Positions 1 to 11,537 of a DNA stretch of 64,000 bases are shown here, one piece after another. Position 1 is the first letter of the stretch. Each line of letters begins with the position of its first letter. Made by a program: the position numbers and the translations under genes. The stretch comes from an uncultured delta proteobacterium (GTDB lineage Bacteria; Desulfobacterota; WTBG01; CAIYCZ01): positions 50,684 through 114,683 of the forward strand of contig CAWDOY010000045.1 of NCBI GenBank assembly GCA_963803975.1, given 5' to 3'. The notes beneath the pieces are model-generated. The model was given only the letters and a program-made list of their open reading frames with translations, was not told the DNA's origin and did not search any database.

Positions 1-430
1 AAATCAAAAATTATAATTCTTCTCACTGACGGGAGAAACAATACCGGCTCTATTGCCCCGGCAACCGCAGCAGACATCGCTAAAACCTGCGGCTATCAAG
101 GTGTACACCATAGGGGTTGGCACTGAAGGAGAAGCACCCTTTCTGGTCGACAGCCTTTTTGGCAAACGGTATGTTTATCAGCGGGTGGACCTTGATGAGG
201 AAACCTTGCAGGAGATTGCGCAAAAAACCGGCGGCACCTACTTCAGGGCAACCAATACCGAAGCACTGAAAGCTATATATCAGCAGATAGACAAGATGGA
301 AAAGAGCGAGGCCAAGGTAAAGGAGTATATGGAGTATGAAGAGCTGTTTGCCTGGTTCCTTATTCCGGGGCTGTGCCTGGTGTTGGTTGAAATACTCCTG
401 GCAAATACCCGGCTGCGAAAAATACCATGA
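1..430 (+). CDS. batA: BatA-like vWA domain membrane protein, 3' part (truncated by the window; frameshift near 92)
   Basis: Frame from base 1 reads KSKIIILLTDGRNNTG, then shifts into KVYTIGVG...DEETLQEIAQKTGGTYFRA and a C-terminal TM helix; lies upstream of a batB-like gene. Confidence 0.8.
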
Positions 431-502
431 ACCGGAGCATACCAGCCCGCAGCTTTCCGCTGAGATATACCATGCTGAAAGCTGCCCGCTGAAAGCGCAA
501 AC

Positions 503-1510
503 ATGAAATTCGCCCATCCCTCATATCTGTTTCTGTTCTGGCTGGTGCCAGCGCTCATAGTCTTTTACCTCTATGCCTTCAGGAAAAAGGATAAGCTCAT
601 AAAGGCATTCTGCGGAGAAACCCTGTATGCCGAGCTCGTGCCCTCAGTCTCTCCGGGAAGGCAGAAGCTGAAAGCAGCGCTGTTACTGGGTTCTTTGAGC
701 TTTCTGGTCGTTTCCCTGCTGCAGCCGCGGTGGGGTTTTCAGTGGGAGGATATCAAGAGGCAGGGGATTGATATCATGGTGGCAATCGATGTATCCCAGA
801 GCATGCTGGCGGAAGATATAAAACCAAGCCGCCTGGAGCGGGCCAAGCGCAAAGTTTATGATTTGTGCCGGATGCTTGAAGGAGACCGGATCGGCCTCAT
901 TGCTTTTGCCGGTACCAGCTTTGTCCAGTGCCCGCTCACGCTTGATTATGGGGCGTTCAAGATATTCCTTGATTACCTTGAGCCGGACTTGATACCGGTC
1001 CCCGGGACCGCCATCGGCCAGGCAATCAGAGCAGCCATTAATTCATTTAGCCGCCGCGAGCGAACTTCCAAGGCGCTCATTATTATTACTGATGGCGAGG
1101 ATCATGAGGAAAGTCCCCTGAAGGCAGCGCAGGAGGCAAAAAAAGAAGGCATCAGAATTTTTACCATCGGCGTCGGGCAGGACGGCGGGGCGCCCATCCC
1201 GATGAAAGACGGCTCAGGCGGATTTAAAAAAGACGGGGGGGGCGAGATGGTGCTGAGCAGGCTTGACGAGGCAGCCCTGCAGAAAATAGCTCTTGAGACC
1301 GGCGGGAGCTATGTGCGCTCGGTAACCGGGGACCTGGATCTGAATAAAATCTACCAGGAGGATATCAGGGGCAAAATAGAAAAAAAAGAACTGCTCTCAA
1401 CGCGCAAAAAACGCTGGGAGGAGCGGTTCCAGTGGTTTCTGTTTGCAGCGATACTGCTTCTGGGAATAGAATTTTTTATGCGCGAGACAAAAGCCGTGCG
1501 CAAAAGATAA
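503..1510 (+). CDS. batB: BatB-like vWA domain membrane protein
   Basis: N-terminal TM, MIDAS DVSQSM, ITDGEDHE, C-terminal TM. Confidence 0.85.
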   Translation: MKFAHPSYLFLFWLVPALIVFYLYAFRKKDKLIKAFCGETLYAELVPSVSPGRQKLKAALLLGSLSFLVVSLLQPRWGFQWEDIKRQGIDIMVAIDVSQSMLAEDIKPSRLERAKRKVYDLCRMLEGDRIGLIAFAGTSFVQCPLTLDYGAFKIFLDYLEPDLIPVPGTAIGQAIRAAINSFSRRERTSKALIIITDGEDHEESPLKAAQEAKKEGIRIFTIGVGQDGGAPIPMKDGSGGFKKDGGGEMVLSRLDEAALQKIALETGGSYVRSVTGDLDLNKIYQEDIRGKIEKKELLSTRKKRWEERFQWFLFAAILLLGIEFFMRETKAVRKR

Positions 1511-1891
1511 TCAGCTGTGGCGGCACTGCCTGCCGGACATGTGAAGCGCTGCGCCCATCTTGACTGAGCGGAAGGGGGAAAGAACCGGGCAGCAAATAGT
1601 GATTGACTAATGCTGCATAATATAATAGTTTTATTTTTAACTATTTAATCACCTAAATAAATTGAGCGCTGCAAGCGCACGTTTTTTCTCTCTGATTTTC
1701 TGACCGTTTTAACTTGTAACAGGGTACAATTCATTCCATACTCATATATAAGCGCACCATTGCAGCCGGTGGCAGGTTAAAACCATATAGAGCCGTGTAG
1801 GCCGGCATAGCTTGTTTTTGCTTGCTATTCCAGCTTTCAATTAAACAGAGGCCCTTTATTCTTAACACAGCAACACAGAGGAGGTACGGCC

Positions 1892-3292
1892 ATGAGCAAG
1901 AAGTTAATTCATTATCGGTATGTTAGTATGGTGCCTTCCGGCATACGCATCTGCAACCATTGCAGAAGGGTGGGTGCGCCATGACATCGGGCCGCAGACC
2001 AGCCCGATTTACCTGGACGTTGCAGACATTGATGGAGATGGCGCTCTTGATGTCGCTGCCACGGCTGACGTGCATCCAGGGGGATCAAACTCTGAAGTAG
2101 CGTGGTATCGCAATAATCTGAAACAGGGGTTGCCCTGGGAGAAGATCGTCATCAGCTCTGATAAGCCGGAAACCAATCCTATTGTTGGCGCAGGCGGGAT
2201 TGTCATCGCTGATATTGACGGGGACGGCCGTAAAGATGCTGTGGTTGTTACGGGAAACGTGATCAACCCTAAGGGAGATGTCTACTGGTTTAAGGCGCCT
2301 GCAGATCCTGCCACGAGCCCATGGCAGCGGTTTGATATTGAGACCGGGGTAGCTGACTCCTACTTTAAAGTCTATACCATGGATGCTGATGCAGACGGAA
2401 CGCAGGACATGGTTATCGGCGGGAACAAGGGTGCTGTTCTGTTTCTTAACCCCGGGAACCCTGATCAGCCGGGAGCTGCGTGGACAAAGGTGCCGATTGC
2501 CCGAGGGAACGGGAAGCACTGTTTGCATGGATGATATGAATAATGATGGGAGAATAGATATCATTAATACCCACACCGGATTCAAACCTGATTATGCAGG
2601 AAATGTCTCATGGCTTGATGTGAACAATGAATGGCCAGGTTTCGTTCGACAGGACGATGATAGACCCTGCTCTGGTCAAGGCTTTTGACGCTAACACCAT
2701 GGATGTGAACGGGGACGGTAAAAAAGATGTGGTCGTTTCCACTTTTCAGCTTCCTGACATATACTGGTATGAACAGCCTGCAGCCAGTACAGCGCCCTGG
2801 ATACAGCACCTCATAACGAATACCTATGAGGGTACAGACCTTTATACGGGTGACATTGATGGAGATAAAAAGACGGATTTAATAATATCCGGTCTATTCA
2901 CAAAAAAGATTTACTGGTTCAGCTATCAGTTGGAAAATGGCGCGGCTGTCTGGACAGACCATCTTCTTGATGATGACATTATAAATCCGGGGGACATCTC
3001 CCTCAATGACATGGATGGAGACGGGGACCTGGATGTGGTGCTTGCCGGCATGGGTGAAAACCAGATCATCTGGTATGAAAACCAGCTGCCCCGCGCAAAT
3101 CCCTGCGCCGTGACGTTTGTGCTGGGAGAAAAATCATCCGCCCTGCCGGCGCTCAGAAGTTTCCGAGACAGCTATCTGAAATCAATGCCCGGCGGCGAAT
3201 CAATTATTAAATCCTATTATTCTGCTTCGCCCGGGATTATTCAGTTCCTGCAGAGTATTAAAGGTGTGACAACGAAGCTTCTCCCGTGGTAA
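1892..3292 (+). CDS. Secreted FG-GAP/VCBS-repeat beta-propeller protein with CFI-box-CTERM-like tail (about 3 frameshifts)
   Basis: RBS GAGGAGG then ATG 1892; repeated DIDGDGxxD motifs across ORFs 1920-2534, 2383-2688 and 2627-3292; C-terminus CAVTFVLG...LRSFRDSYL...YYSASP. Confidence 0.75.
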
Positions 3293-3326
3293 TATAAGAG
3301 AAGATGTTCCAGTAGCACAGTTTTTC

Positions 3327-3362
3327 AAAAGGGTAACATCATGGCGGTGTTACCCTTTTTTA
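3327..3362 (+). terminator. Intrinsic terminator
   Basis: aaaagggtaaca-loop-tgttacccttttt after the stop at 3292. Confidence 0.75.
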
Positions 3363-3400
3363 TAACGCAGCATCACGAGGATATGGAACCAGATCATTGA

Positions 3401-3482
3401 GAGTTGGCGGGTTGTGGAGTTAAGGAGTTTCGGAGTTCTATAATTAAAAACTCCACACGCGCAACTCTTAAACTCTTTCACT
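3401..3482. repeat. Palindromic short tandem (about 8-mer) repeat
   Basis: gagtt-type units on the left arm mirrored by aactc-type units on the right arm. Confidence 0.55.
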
Positions 3483-3578
3483 ATATTGTAGTCTGTGTTC
3501 CCGATATCCCGAAGGCTTTCGGGAATCGGGACTGTGGTTAATTTTTAACAGAACAGAACCTTATTACCGGGAGAACGT

Positions 3579-3932
3579 ATGCCCCATATTGTTTTAGACG
3601 GTACCGTCGATGGTGAGCGCTTTTTTGAGTCTTTTCAGCCAACCCAGGAGCGCTCTGAAGGAGAAATTTTAAAAACCCAGGACATCTATATCAGCCAGGA
3701 CAGGAAGATGCTCCTTATTGAGGCCATAGCTATCGAAGACGGGCCGCCGCAGCGGTTTTTCATTCAGGCCTCTCTAAAAGATAACAGGACAACGGTGAGA
3801 ATCTATCCGGGAACAGACCCGGTGAAGACCGCGGGCGTGAAAAAATTGCTGGCTATCGTGGCAAAACTGATGCGGGACCAGCACCCGGATATTGACTATG
3901 GCGCTACCAACCTGAAGGAATTCCTGCGCTGA
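3579..3932 (+). CDS. Hypothetical protein
   Basis: 117-aa ORF with GGGAG RBS. Confidence 0.7.
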   Translation: MPHIVLDGTVDGERFFESFQPTQERSEGEILKTQDIYISQDRKMLLIEAIAIEDGPPQRFFIQASLKDNRTTVRIYPGTDPVKTAGVKKLLAIVAKLMRDQHPDIDYGATNLKEFLR

Positions 3933-4021
3933 AGCGATAATTGACATTGATACGAGTGGACAGGATGTGCCCGGGTTCCGGCCTGCAATTCGGCAAATAC
4001 AGGTCCGCCCGGCATAGGGGT

Positions 4022-5032
4022 TCAGGTTATTGCACTATTACATAACCTGAAAAAAGCATTTTTTATGTGAACTAATTGCCGGCCCAGAAAGCAATACATC
4101 CCCTTTTTCCCGGCCGTATCTCCAGCCCCCGCAGTAAATTCCTCAAAAAACAGTCTCTGCTCTGCAGTCAGGGAATTCAATGCCACTGCTTTTCCGGCAT
4201 ATTGAGCAGCTTTTGCCCGCTTATTCAGGTCATCATAACATTTAACCAGTTGAAAATAACAATCGCCGGGCATTATGCGGGTTGGGGTTTTGCGTGATGC
4301 AACGTTCTTTACAGCAGCAAGAGCTGCTGTAAATTCTTCAATGGCGTCGTCAAACTGGCGCAGTTGTTTAAGGGCAATCCCCACAGTATAATGAAAAGCA
4401 GGGCTGTCTTTATCCTTGCAGTTTTCCGTGTTGAGTTTAATCTCTCTAAAAATTGCCGCATGGGTTTTTTGGGGCGCATTCACCTGCTGAGTCAAAAATG
4501 GCGATCCTGAATCAACACTGATAGGGGAGAAAGCAGAAGAATTATTTTCAGTAAGCGCGCTTTCCAGGTCAAAAAATTCAGCATCCTGGGCAGCCTTGAA
4601 AGTATTAATCGTATCAAGTTTTACCGCGACACCGTTATCAGAGGGATTGTCGCTATGCTGCTTTGACCGTTGTTTCCCTTTCGGCGGTTCAGTTGTATCT
4701 GAGAGAAACTCCTGCAGGTGATCAATTTTCTTTCCTGAGACAATCTGTGCCGCAAGCTGCATGGCTTTTTTCGCCTCAGTATCATAGCCGATAGCGGCAT
4801 AGTATTGCGCGAGGTCTTCCAGGGTTGAACGTGCTTCTTTTTGATACCCATTTTGTACGTAGAAGTCCACCAGTGTTGTGTATGTGTTTATTTTCGCATT
4901 ATCCGGTTTCTTTTTACCGGCCGGCTTAAAAAATTTTAACATATGTGTAAACATACATTTTAAAAGGATTCGGGTTGTGATTTTGAATGCGTGTGAAGAT
5001 ATGACCGCAAAAAACATACCATAAGCAGCCAC
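4022..5032 (-). CDS. TPR-containing protein (start uncertain, possibly about 4957)
   Basis: TPR-like segments HYTVGIALKQLRQFDDAIEEF and YFQLVKCY...AAQYAGKA. Confidence 0.6.
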   Translation of the reverse strand: MAAYGMFFAVISSHAFKITTRILLKCMFTHMLKFFKPAGKKKPDNAKINTYTTLVDFYVQNGYQKEARSTLEDLAQYYAAIGYDTEAKKAMQLAAQIVSGKKIDHLQEFLSDTTEPPKGKQRSKQHSDNPSDNGVAVKLDTINTFKAAQDAEFFDLESALTENNSSAFSPISVDSGSPFLTQQVNAPQKTHAAIFREIKLNTENCKDKDSPAFHYTVGIALKQLRQFDDAIEEFTAALAAVKNVASRKTPTRIMPGDCYFQLVKCYDDLNKRAKAAQYAGKAVALNSLTAEQRLFFEEFTAGAGDTAGKKGMYCFLGRQLVHIKNAFFRLCNSAIT

Positions 5033-5446
5033 GCACCAGCGGCTTATAAACTGAACTTTTAATAATGATGGTTTTGCGCGGCCAAGGGGCTGTTTGGCGA
5101 ACGGTTCTATCGGCAGGTCTTTTCCAAGAAGCTAAAATAAATCATAAAACGTGTACAATTTTGATTGCTGTTAATGGGAGCTTGCTTTGCGATGAGGCAA
5201 CTGAAGGCAGGAGCCATTGAGTGTCAATAAAAAAATCTGCGGCAGGTTACGGGGGCAGGCTTTACATACTTGGGCGATGCCAGTCGAGCCGTCTGAATGT
5301 GGCGGGCCTTTTAGCCGGCGGTTTGCTCTTTACCGCCCACATCCCGGCATGCGGCAATACCTGCATGATTACCTCGGGCTGGTCTGTAAAAAATGCTTCA
5401 AGGGAATAAACAGGGGTGCCCACGTCCTCCTGCTCTGTATTCGTTA

Positions 5447-6442
5447 TCAATCCTCCCTTGAGTTGCCAACCGGCACGTGCAGGGTGCCTGTAAGAAATTG
5501 ATACAGGATCTGCGCAACATCGTCCGGCTTTTCCTCCTGAGGCACATGGCCGCACTGCGGAATGACAACCAGCGTTGATCTTTTTATATCGTGATTAAAC
5601 CGGCATCCATCTTTCAGGGGAATCCAGTTGTCATTTCTTCCCCATATAATTAGGGTTTCCTGTTTAATGTCATGGATACGTCCTGCATACGTCAGTGCCA
5701 ATTCCGGATCAATAGATGTTGCCGCTGCCACCTGAGAATCAATGCCGCCTCTGGTTCGCAGCCGGTCGAAATATGCGTCAATCCTGGTGTCGGTTATTTT
5801 CTCTGCATCGTAGAAAGCTTTATGCAGGCCCCATTTTACCATCCAGCGGTTAAAACAAAGGTTTACCCAGAAATCCGGAAAGGGAACCCATGTAGATGCT
5901 GCAAAAGTGTTTTTGTCCGGCAGATAGCCGCCCGCGTCAATCAGCACCAGCCGCCCGACTTTTTCAGGATGATCAAGCGCCAGGATCCAGGCAATTGCCC
6001 CGCCCAGTGAATTGCCTACCACCGTAGCGTTATCAATCCCGATTTTATCCATCCAGGCATACACGTCTTCCGTTAAGGTAAAAGGGTCGTACTTTGCATT
6101 AAACGGCTTGTCGGACCAGCCAAACCCTTTCATGTCAACAGCCCACACATGGGGAGCAGGACTACGGCGGTCTCTAAATATTTTCTGAAGTTTTGGAACC
6201 ATATCTTCCCAGGTGAAAGTGGATGATCCAAATCCGTGGATCAGAACAACATCCCCGCCCTCCCCGGGATACTCGAGGTAATGGATATCTACATCCCGCA
6301 CATCAGTAGCAATTTTTACAAATTTATCATGCGCAGCGGGATGCATGATAACTCTGGTGTCCAGGCGTTTTACGCAGGCACTGAGAGACACTATGGTACA
6401 AACACACATAATTAGTTGCAGCACCCTCAGCATTCTGCGCAT
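5447..6442 (-). CDS. Alpha/beta hydrolase, probable lipoprotein
   Basis: HGFG oxyanion motif, GNSLGG nucleophile elbow, GHVPQEE catalytic His; LSAC lipobox. Confidence 0.9.
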   Translation of the reverse strand: MRRMLRVLQLIMCVCTIVSLSACVKRLDTRVIMHPAAHDKFVKIATDVRDVDIHYLEYPGEGGDVVLIHGFGSSTFTWEDMVPKLQKIFRDRRSPAPHVWAVDMKGFGWSDKPFNAKYDPFTLTEDVYAWMDKIGIDNATVVGNSLGGAIAWILALDHPEKVGRLVLIDAGGYLPDKNTFAASTWVPFPDFWVNLCFNRWMVKWGLHKAFYDAEKITDTRIDAYFDRLRTRGGIDSQVAAATSIDPELALTYAGRIHDIKQETLIIWGRNDNWIPLKDGCRFNHDIKRSTLVVIPQCGHVPQEEKPDDVAQILYQFLTGTLHVPVGNSRED

Positions 6443-6783
6443 AGTGTTCTCCCGTTGTTTTCTATGTACATGATAACGCTGCCTTGCTGATAACCGTATC
6501 TCATTCTTGTGGCTTTAATTTTATCTCACTATCCCGGGCAGCATGTTCTATTGACAGGAACTCGCTGTGGGATGAAACAAATATAGGCAAGGGGTAATTG
6601 TGTGTCAATAAAAATCCGTCGCAAGACACGGGAATGTGTTTTGGGATCAGAATGAGGCGGGCTGTTAGCCGGCGGCATGAAATGCCGCAAGGGCTGCGTG
6701 AGGAGGCTATGCTAACCCACTTAACAATGATGCAAATCGCTGCAACTGCTCTCCCGGTCCTATCCAAACGGGCGGCCTGAGGA

Positions 6784-7560
6784 TTATTTATCGAAGCTAT
6801 AAATCCTTTCCCCCTTCTGCAGCTGCTCCATCTCCTTCCACGACTTATCTGAATATTTTGTGTGCTCAGGAGATTTGAGCGAGAGCTGGTAGAGGAAGAG
6901 AGCCTTTTCCCGGTACTCCTGCGCCTTCTGCGGGTTTCTCACCTCAGCCGCAGGAGAAAAGGAATAGATCTCATAGAGAGTGTGACAGCGGTGCGCCATC
7001 TGGTAGAGGATCATGGGCCGGAACGAGGTTGTCGGATACTTCTCGAAAATCTCCTGCAGCTGCTTCAGCTCCCGGAGAACCCCTTCAGGCCTGCCGTGGT
7101 ATTTCGGCTCCCATGTGATCATGCGGTAGGCAGCCTCATCGGCAATGGGGCTGTCAGGATACTTTTCAAGCAGCATCTTGTACTGGCTGCGGTTATAGGT
7201 AATACCGGAAGACGTAGTTTCCCAGCAGTTATAGCTCCCATATTTTTCCAGAAACTGCTTTCTAACCAGCGGCTCGGGTTCACTGTTCTTGATGCGGCGC
7301 TGGTATTCCATCTCCAGCAGCCCCTCAAAAGACTCACCCAGGCGCTGCAGCACTATTGAAGATTCCTGTGACTCAGGATATTTGTCCAGATACCCCTGAA
7401 ACAGTTTTATGGCCTCAGGGTAGGCCTTGTCGTCAAAAGCCTTTTGCCCCTCGATGAGATAGCGCTGCTCCTCTCCGGGCTTGCGCTGCGGCATTTCCGG
7501 GAGAAAGATACAGCCGTTAAGCAGTATGGTCAGTAAGCATAGCAGTAAACTCTTTTTCAT
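6784..7560 (-). CDS. BamD/YfiO-like TPR lipoprotein
   Basis: MKKSLLL...LNGC lipobox; repeated KYP-S/T motifs typical of BamD-like TPRs. Confidence 0.65.
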   Translation of the reverse strand: MKKSLLLCLLTILLNGCIFLPEMPQRKPGEEQRYLIEGQKAFDDKAYPEAIKLFQGYLDKYPESQESSIVLQRLGESFEGLLEMEYQRRIKNSEPEPLVRKQFLEKYGSYNCWETTSSGITYNRSQYKMLLEKYPDSPIADEAAYRMITWEPKYHGRPEGVLRELKQLQEIFEKYPTTSFRPMILYQMAHRCHTLYEIYSFSPAAEVRNPQKAQEYREKALFLYQLSLKSPEHTKYSDKSWKEMEQLQKGERIYSFDK

Positions 7561-7567
7561 AGCATCT

Positions 7568-8572
7568 CTATCGTGCCAGGGAAGAAAGAAATTTAATGGA
7601 GCGCATGAGCTCTTCGAACTGCTCCGGGTAGAGTGACTGGGGACCGTCAGAAAGCGCGTGTTTCGGGTCGTGATGGACTTCCACAATCAGCCCGTGCGCG
7701 CCGACCGCAGCTGCCCCGCGGGACAGAGGGATAACCTGATCCCGCTTGCCGGCGGCATGACTGGGGTCAACGATGATAGGCAGGTGGCTCAGTATTTTTA
7801 CTGCAGGGATCGCGCTCAAGTCCAGGGTGTTGCGCGAATGATCGGCAAAGGTTCTTACCCCGCGCTCGCACAGGATGATCTGGTGGTTTCCCTCTGCCAT
7901 GATGTATTCCGCTGCCATGAGCAGCTCTTCGATGGTGGCAGACATGCCGCGCTTGAGCAGTATCGGCTTTGAGCTTTTGCCGGCGCGCTTCAGCAGGGAA
8001 AAATTCTGCATGTTGCGGGCGCCGATTTGGATGACATCTGCCACCTTTTCAACAACGGCAAGCACATCATGGTCAATGGCTTCGGTGACAATCAGGAGAC
8101 CGGTCTCTTTACGAACCTGATCCAGAATAGCGAGCCCTTTATCTTCCAGCCCCTGAAAACTGTAGGGAGATGTTCGGGGTTTAAAGGCGCCGCCGCGAAA
8201 GAGCCGGGCCCCGGCCTTTTTTACCGCGCGGGCAATGGTCAGGCACTGCTCAAGGCTTTCCACTGCACAGGGGCCGGCAATAACGGTAAAATCGCTGCCG
8301 CCGATTGTTACATCACCTATCTGAATGACCGTATTCTCGGGCTTTACCTCACGGCTCACCAGCTTATAGGGCTTGGAAACCGGTATGGCGTCCTTAACCC
8401 CGTCCAGGCCGAAAAAAAGCTCAGGGTCGAGCGGGCCGTCATTACCGATGATGCCGATTGCTATGCGCTCGCTCCCGGGTATTGCCACCGGTGTTAAACC
8501 GAGTTTTTTAATTTCTTCATTGATCCGGTCTATCTGTTCCGGGGTGGCATCCTTTTGCATTACAATGAGCAC
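7568..8572 (-). CDS. aroF: DAHP synthase (class I-beta, N-terminal regulatory domain)
   Basis: IAGPCAVES, GGAFKPRTSPYSFQG, QIGARNMQN, DPSHAAG. Confidence 0.95.
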   Translation of the reverse strand: MLIVMQKDATPEQIDRINEEIKKLGLTPVAIPGSERIAIGIIGNDGPLDPELFFGLDGVKDAIPVSKPYKLVSREVKPENTVIQIGDVTIGGSDFTVIAGPCAVESLEQCLTIARAVKKAGARLFRGGAFKPRTSPYSFQGLEDKGLAILDQVRKETGLLIVTEAIDHDVLAVVEKVADVIQIGARNMQNFSLLKRAGKSSKPILLKRGMSATIEELLMAAEYIMAEGNHQIILCERGVRTFADHSRNTLDLSAIPAVKILSHLPIIVDPSHAAGKRDQVIPLSRGAAAVGAHGLIVEVHHDPKHALSDGPQSLYPEQFEELMRSIKFLSSLAR

Positions 8573-8794
8573 GACGTATCTCCTTGCACTGGATATGATT
8601 ACAAAGGTAGCACTTGAACTTTAACATGTTTCTTTAAAAAATAAAATTTTAATTAGAGCGGGCCAGGGTAATTAAACAAGCGGAACAGATACGCTCTGCG
8701 AGAGAGTTCTTGACACCCCGGGAATCTACGCTATAGTACCCTATTTATTAATAATTCCTTTAAATTTCAATATATTATTTGACATTTTGCATTT

Positions 8795-9847
8795 ATGCAG
8801 TTAAAAGATTTTGATTATTCTTTGCCCCGTGAACTGATTGCCCAGGAGCCCTTGAAGGAGCGTGACAGCTCCCGGCTGATGGTGCTTGATCGCCGCACGC
8901 AAACAATAGCACATGCACATTTTTACGAGCTTCCCCGGTACCTGCAGCCGGGTGACCTGCTGGTGGCTAATGACACGCGGGTAATACCGGCGCGGCTGTA
9001 CGGAAAAAAGGAAACCGGCGGCAGCGTGGAACTGCTGCTGCTGCGCTTTGTGGAGCACGGAGCCGGGGGAACGCAAGTATGGGAATGTCTTCTCAAGAGC
9101 CGGAGAAAGCCGCCGGTTCATGCAAAGCTCTTTTTTTCTTCTCATTTCCAGGGAGAAGTTTTAGCCCGAACTGAAAACGGCACATGGCTGATACGGTTGA
9201 AGCATCAGGGAAGCTTTGAAAACGCTCTTAGCGCCGCGGGGAGCACCCCGCTGCCACCCTACATCAGCAGAAGCGAACCTTTAGAGACAGAGGCATTTGA
9301 CCGGGAGCGCTATCAAACGGTGTATGCCAGCCGCAGCGGGGCTGTTGCCGCACCTACTGCCGGACTCCATTTTACGGAAAAGGTTTTAGCAGAAATCAGG
9401 CAGGCCGGGGCAGAGGTCGTATTTATAACACTCCACGTAAGCCTGGGCACATTTCAGCCGATCCGGGAAGAACGCATCGAAGACCACCGGATGCATGAGG
9501 AATTCTACCAGCTGCCGCGCGCCGCTGCAGACCGGATAAATCAGGCAAGAAGTGAGGGGCGCAGAGTCATATGCGTAGGTACCACCGCGACCCGCACTCT
9601 TGAAACGACTGCTGCACCTGACGGGACCATGCGGGAGAGAGAGGGTTTAACTGATCTGTATATCTATCCCGGGTATACATTTAAAGCAGTGGACGGGCTC
9701 ATAACAAATTTTCATCTCCCCAAATCAAGCCTTCTGCTCTTGGTGAGTGCCCTGGCAGGAGCTGCTTTTATACGCAGGGCTTATGAAGCGGCGATCAGGG
9801 AGCGCTATCGTTTTTACAGTTACGGCGATGCAATGCTGATTATTTAA
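8795..9847 (+). CDS. queA: SAM:tRNA ribosyltransferase-isomerase
   Basis: DFDYSLPRELIAQ, AAPTAGLHF, NFHLPKS, FYSYGDAM. Confidence 0.97.
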   Translation: MQLKDFDYSLPRELIAQEPLKERDSSRLMVLDRRTQTIAHAHFYELPRYLQPGDLLVANDTRVIPARLYGKKETGGSVELLLLRFVEHGAGGTQVWECLLKSRRKPPVHAKLFFSSHFQGEVLARTENGTWLIRLKHQGSFENALSAAGSTPLPPYISRSEPLETEAFDRERYQTVYASRSGAVAAPTAGLHFTEKVLAEIRQAGAEVVFITLHVSLGTFQPIREERIEDHRMHEEFYQLPRAAADRINQARSEGRRVICVGTTATRTLETTAAPDGTMREREGLTDLYIYPGYTFKAVDGLITNFHLPKSSLLLLVSALAGAAFIRRAYEAAIRERYRFYSYGDAMLII

Positions 9848-9864
9848 AAGTGCTAAAGTCCTGA

Positions 9865-11070
<1,206 letters not shown>

Positions 11071-11132
11071 ACCCGGTTACCTTTTGTATTAAATAATAAT
11101 AACTTCAAAATTATCTTATCTGGAGGTGAAAC

Positions 11133-11471
11133 GTGATACTGGTATCAGTAGCATATGCAATGGCTCCTACGGGCGGCGACGGGGTGGCTGGCGGTTTTTC
11201 GACCTTTATACCGCTTATCCTGATGCTTGCCATATTCTATTTTATCCTGCTCAGGCCCCAGCAGCAACGGGCCAAAAAGGTCAAGGAGATGTTAACCAAC
11301 CTCAAAAAAGATGACATGGTAGTGACGACCGGCGGCATTCACGGAAAAATAACCGGGCTGACCGACACGATTGTGACCCTGGAAATTTCCCAGAATCCAT
11401 CGGTGAAGATTAAGCTTTCCCGGAGCCAGATTGCCGGCATGAGTGATATGTATAAAAAAGGAGAGGAATAG
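11133..11471 (+). CDS. yajC: Preprotein translocase subunit YajC
   Basis: FYFILLRPQQ, VVTTGGIHG; synteny tgt-yajC-secD. Confidence 0.95.
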   Translation: MILVSVAYAMAPTGGDGVAGGFSTFIPLILMLAIFYFILLRPQQQRAKKVKEMLTNLKKDDMVVTTGGIHGKITGLTDTIVTLEISQNPSVKIKLSRSQIAGMSDMYKKGEE

Positions 11472-11537
11472 CCTCAGGCGAACGCAGGGCTTTTTGGCTG
11501 ACCAGCCCCGGCGCAATTAATTTTATAAGGAGCGAAT

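Noticed and set aside
5217..5555. Short overlapping ORFs or a c-di-GMP riboswitch in this intergenic region
   Set aside because: A GC-rich hairpin is present but GEMM consensus motifs are incomplete, and the ORFs have no recognisable features.
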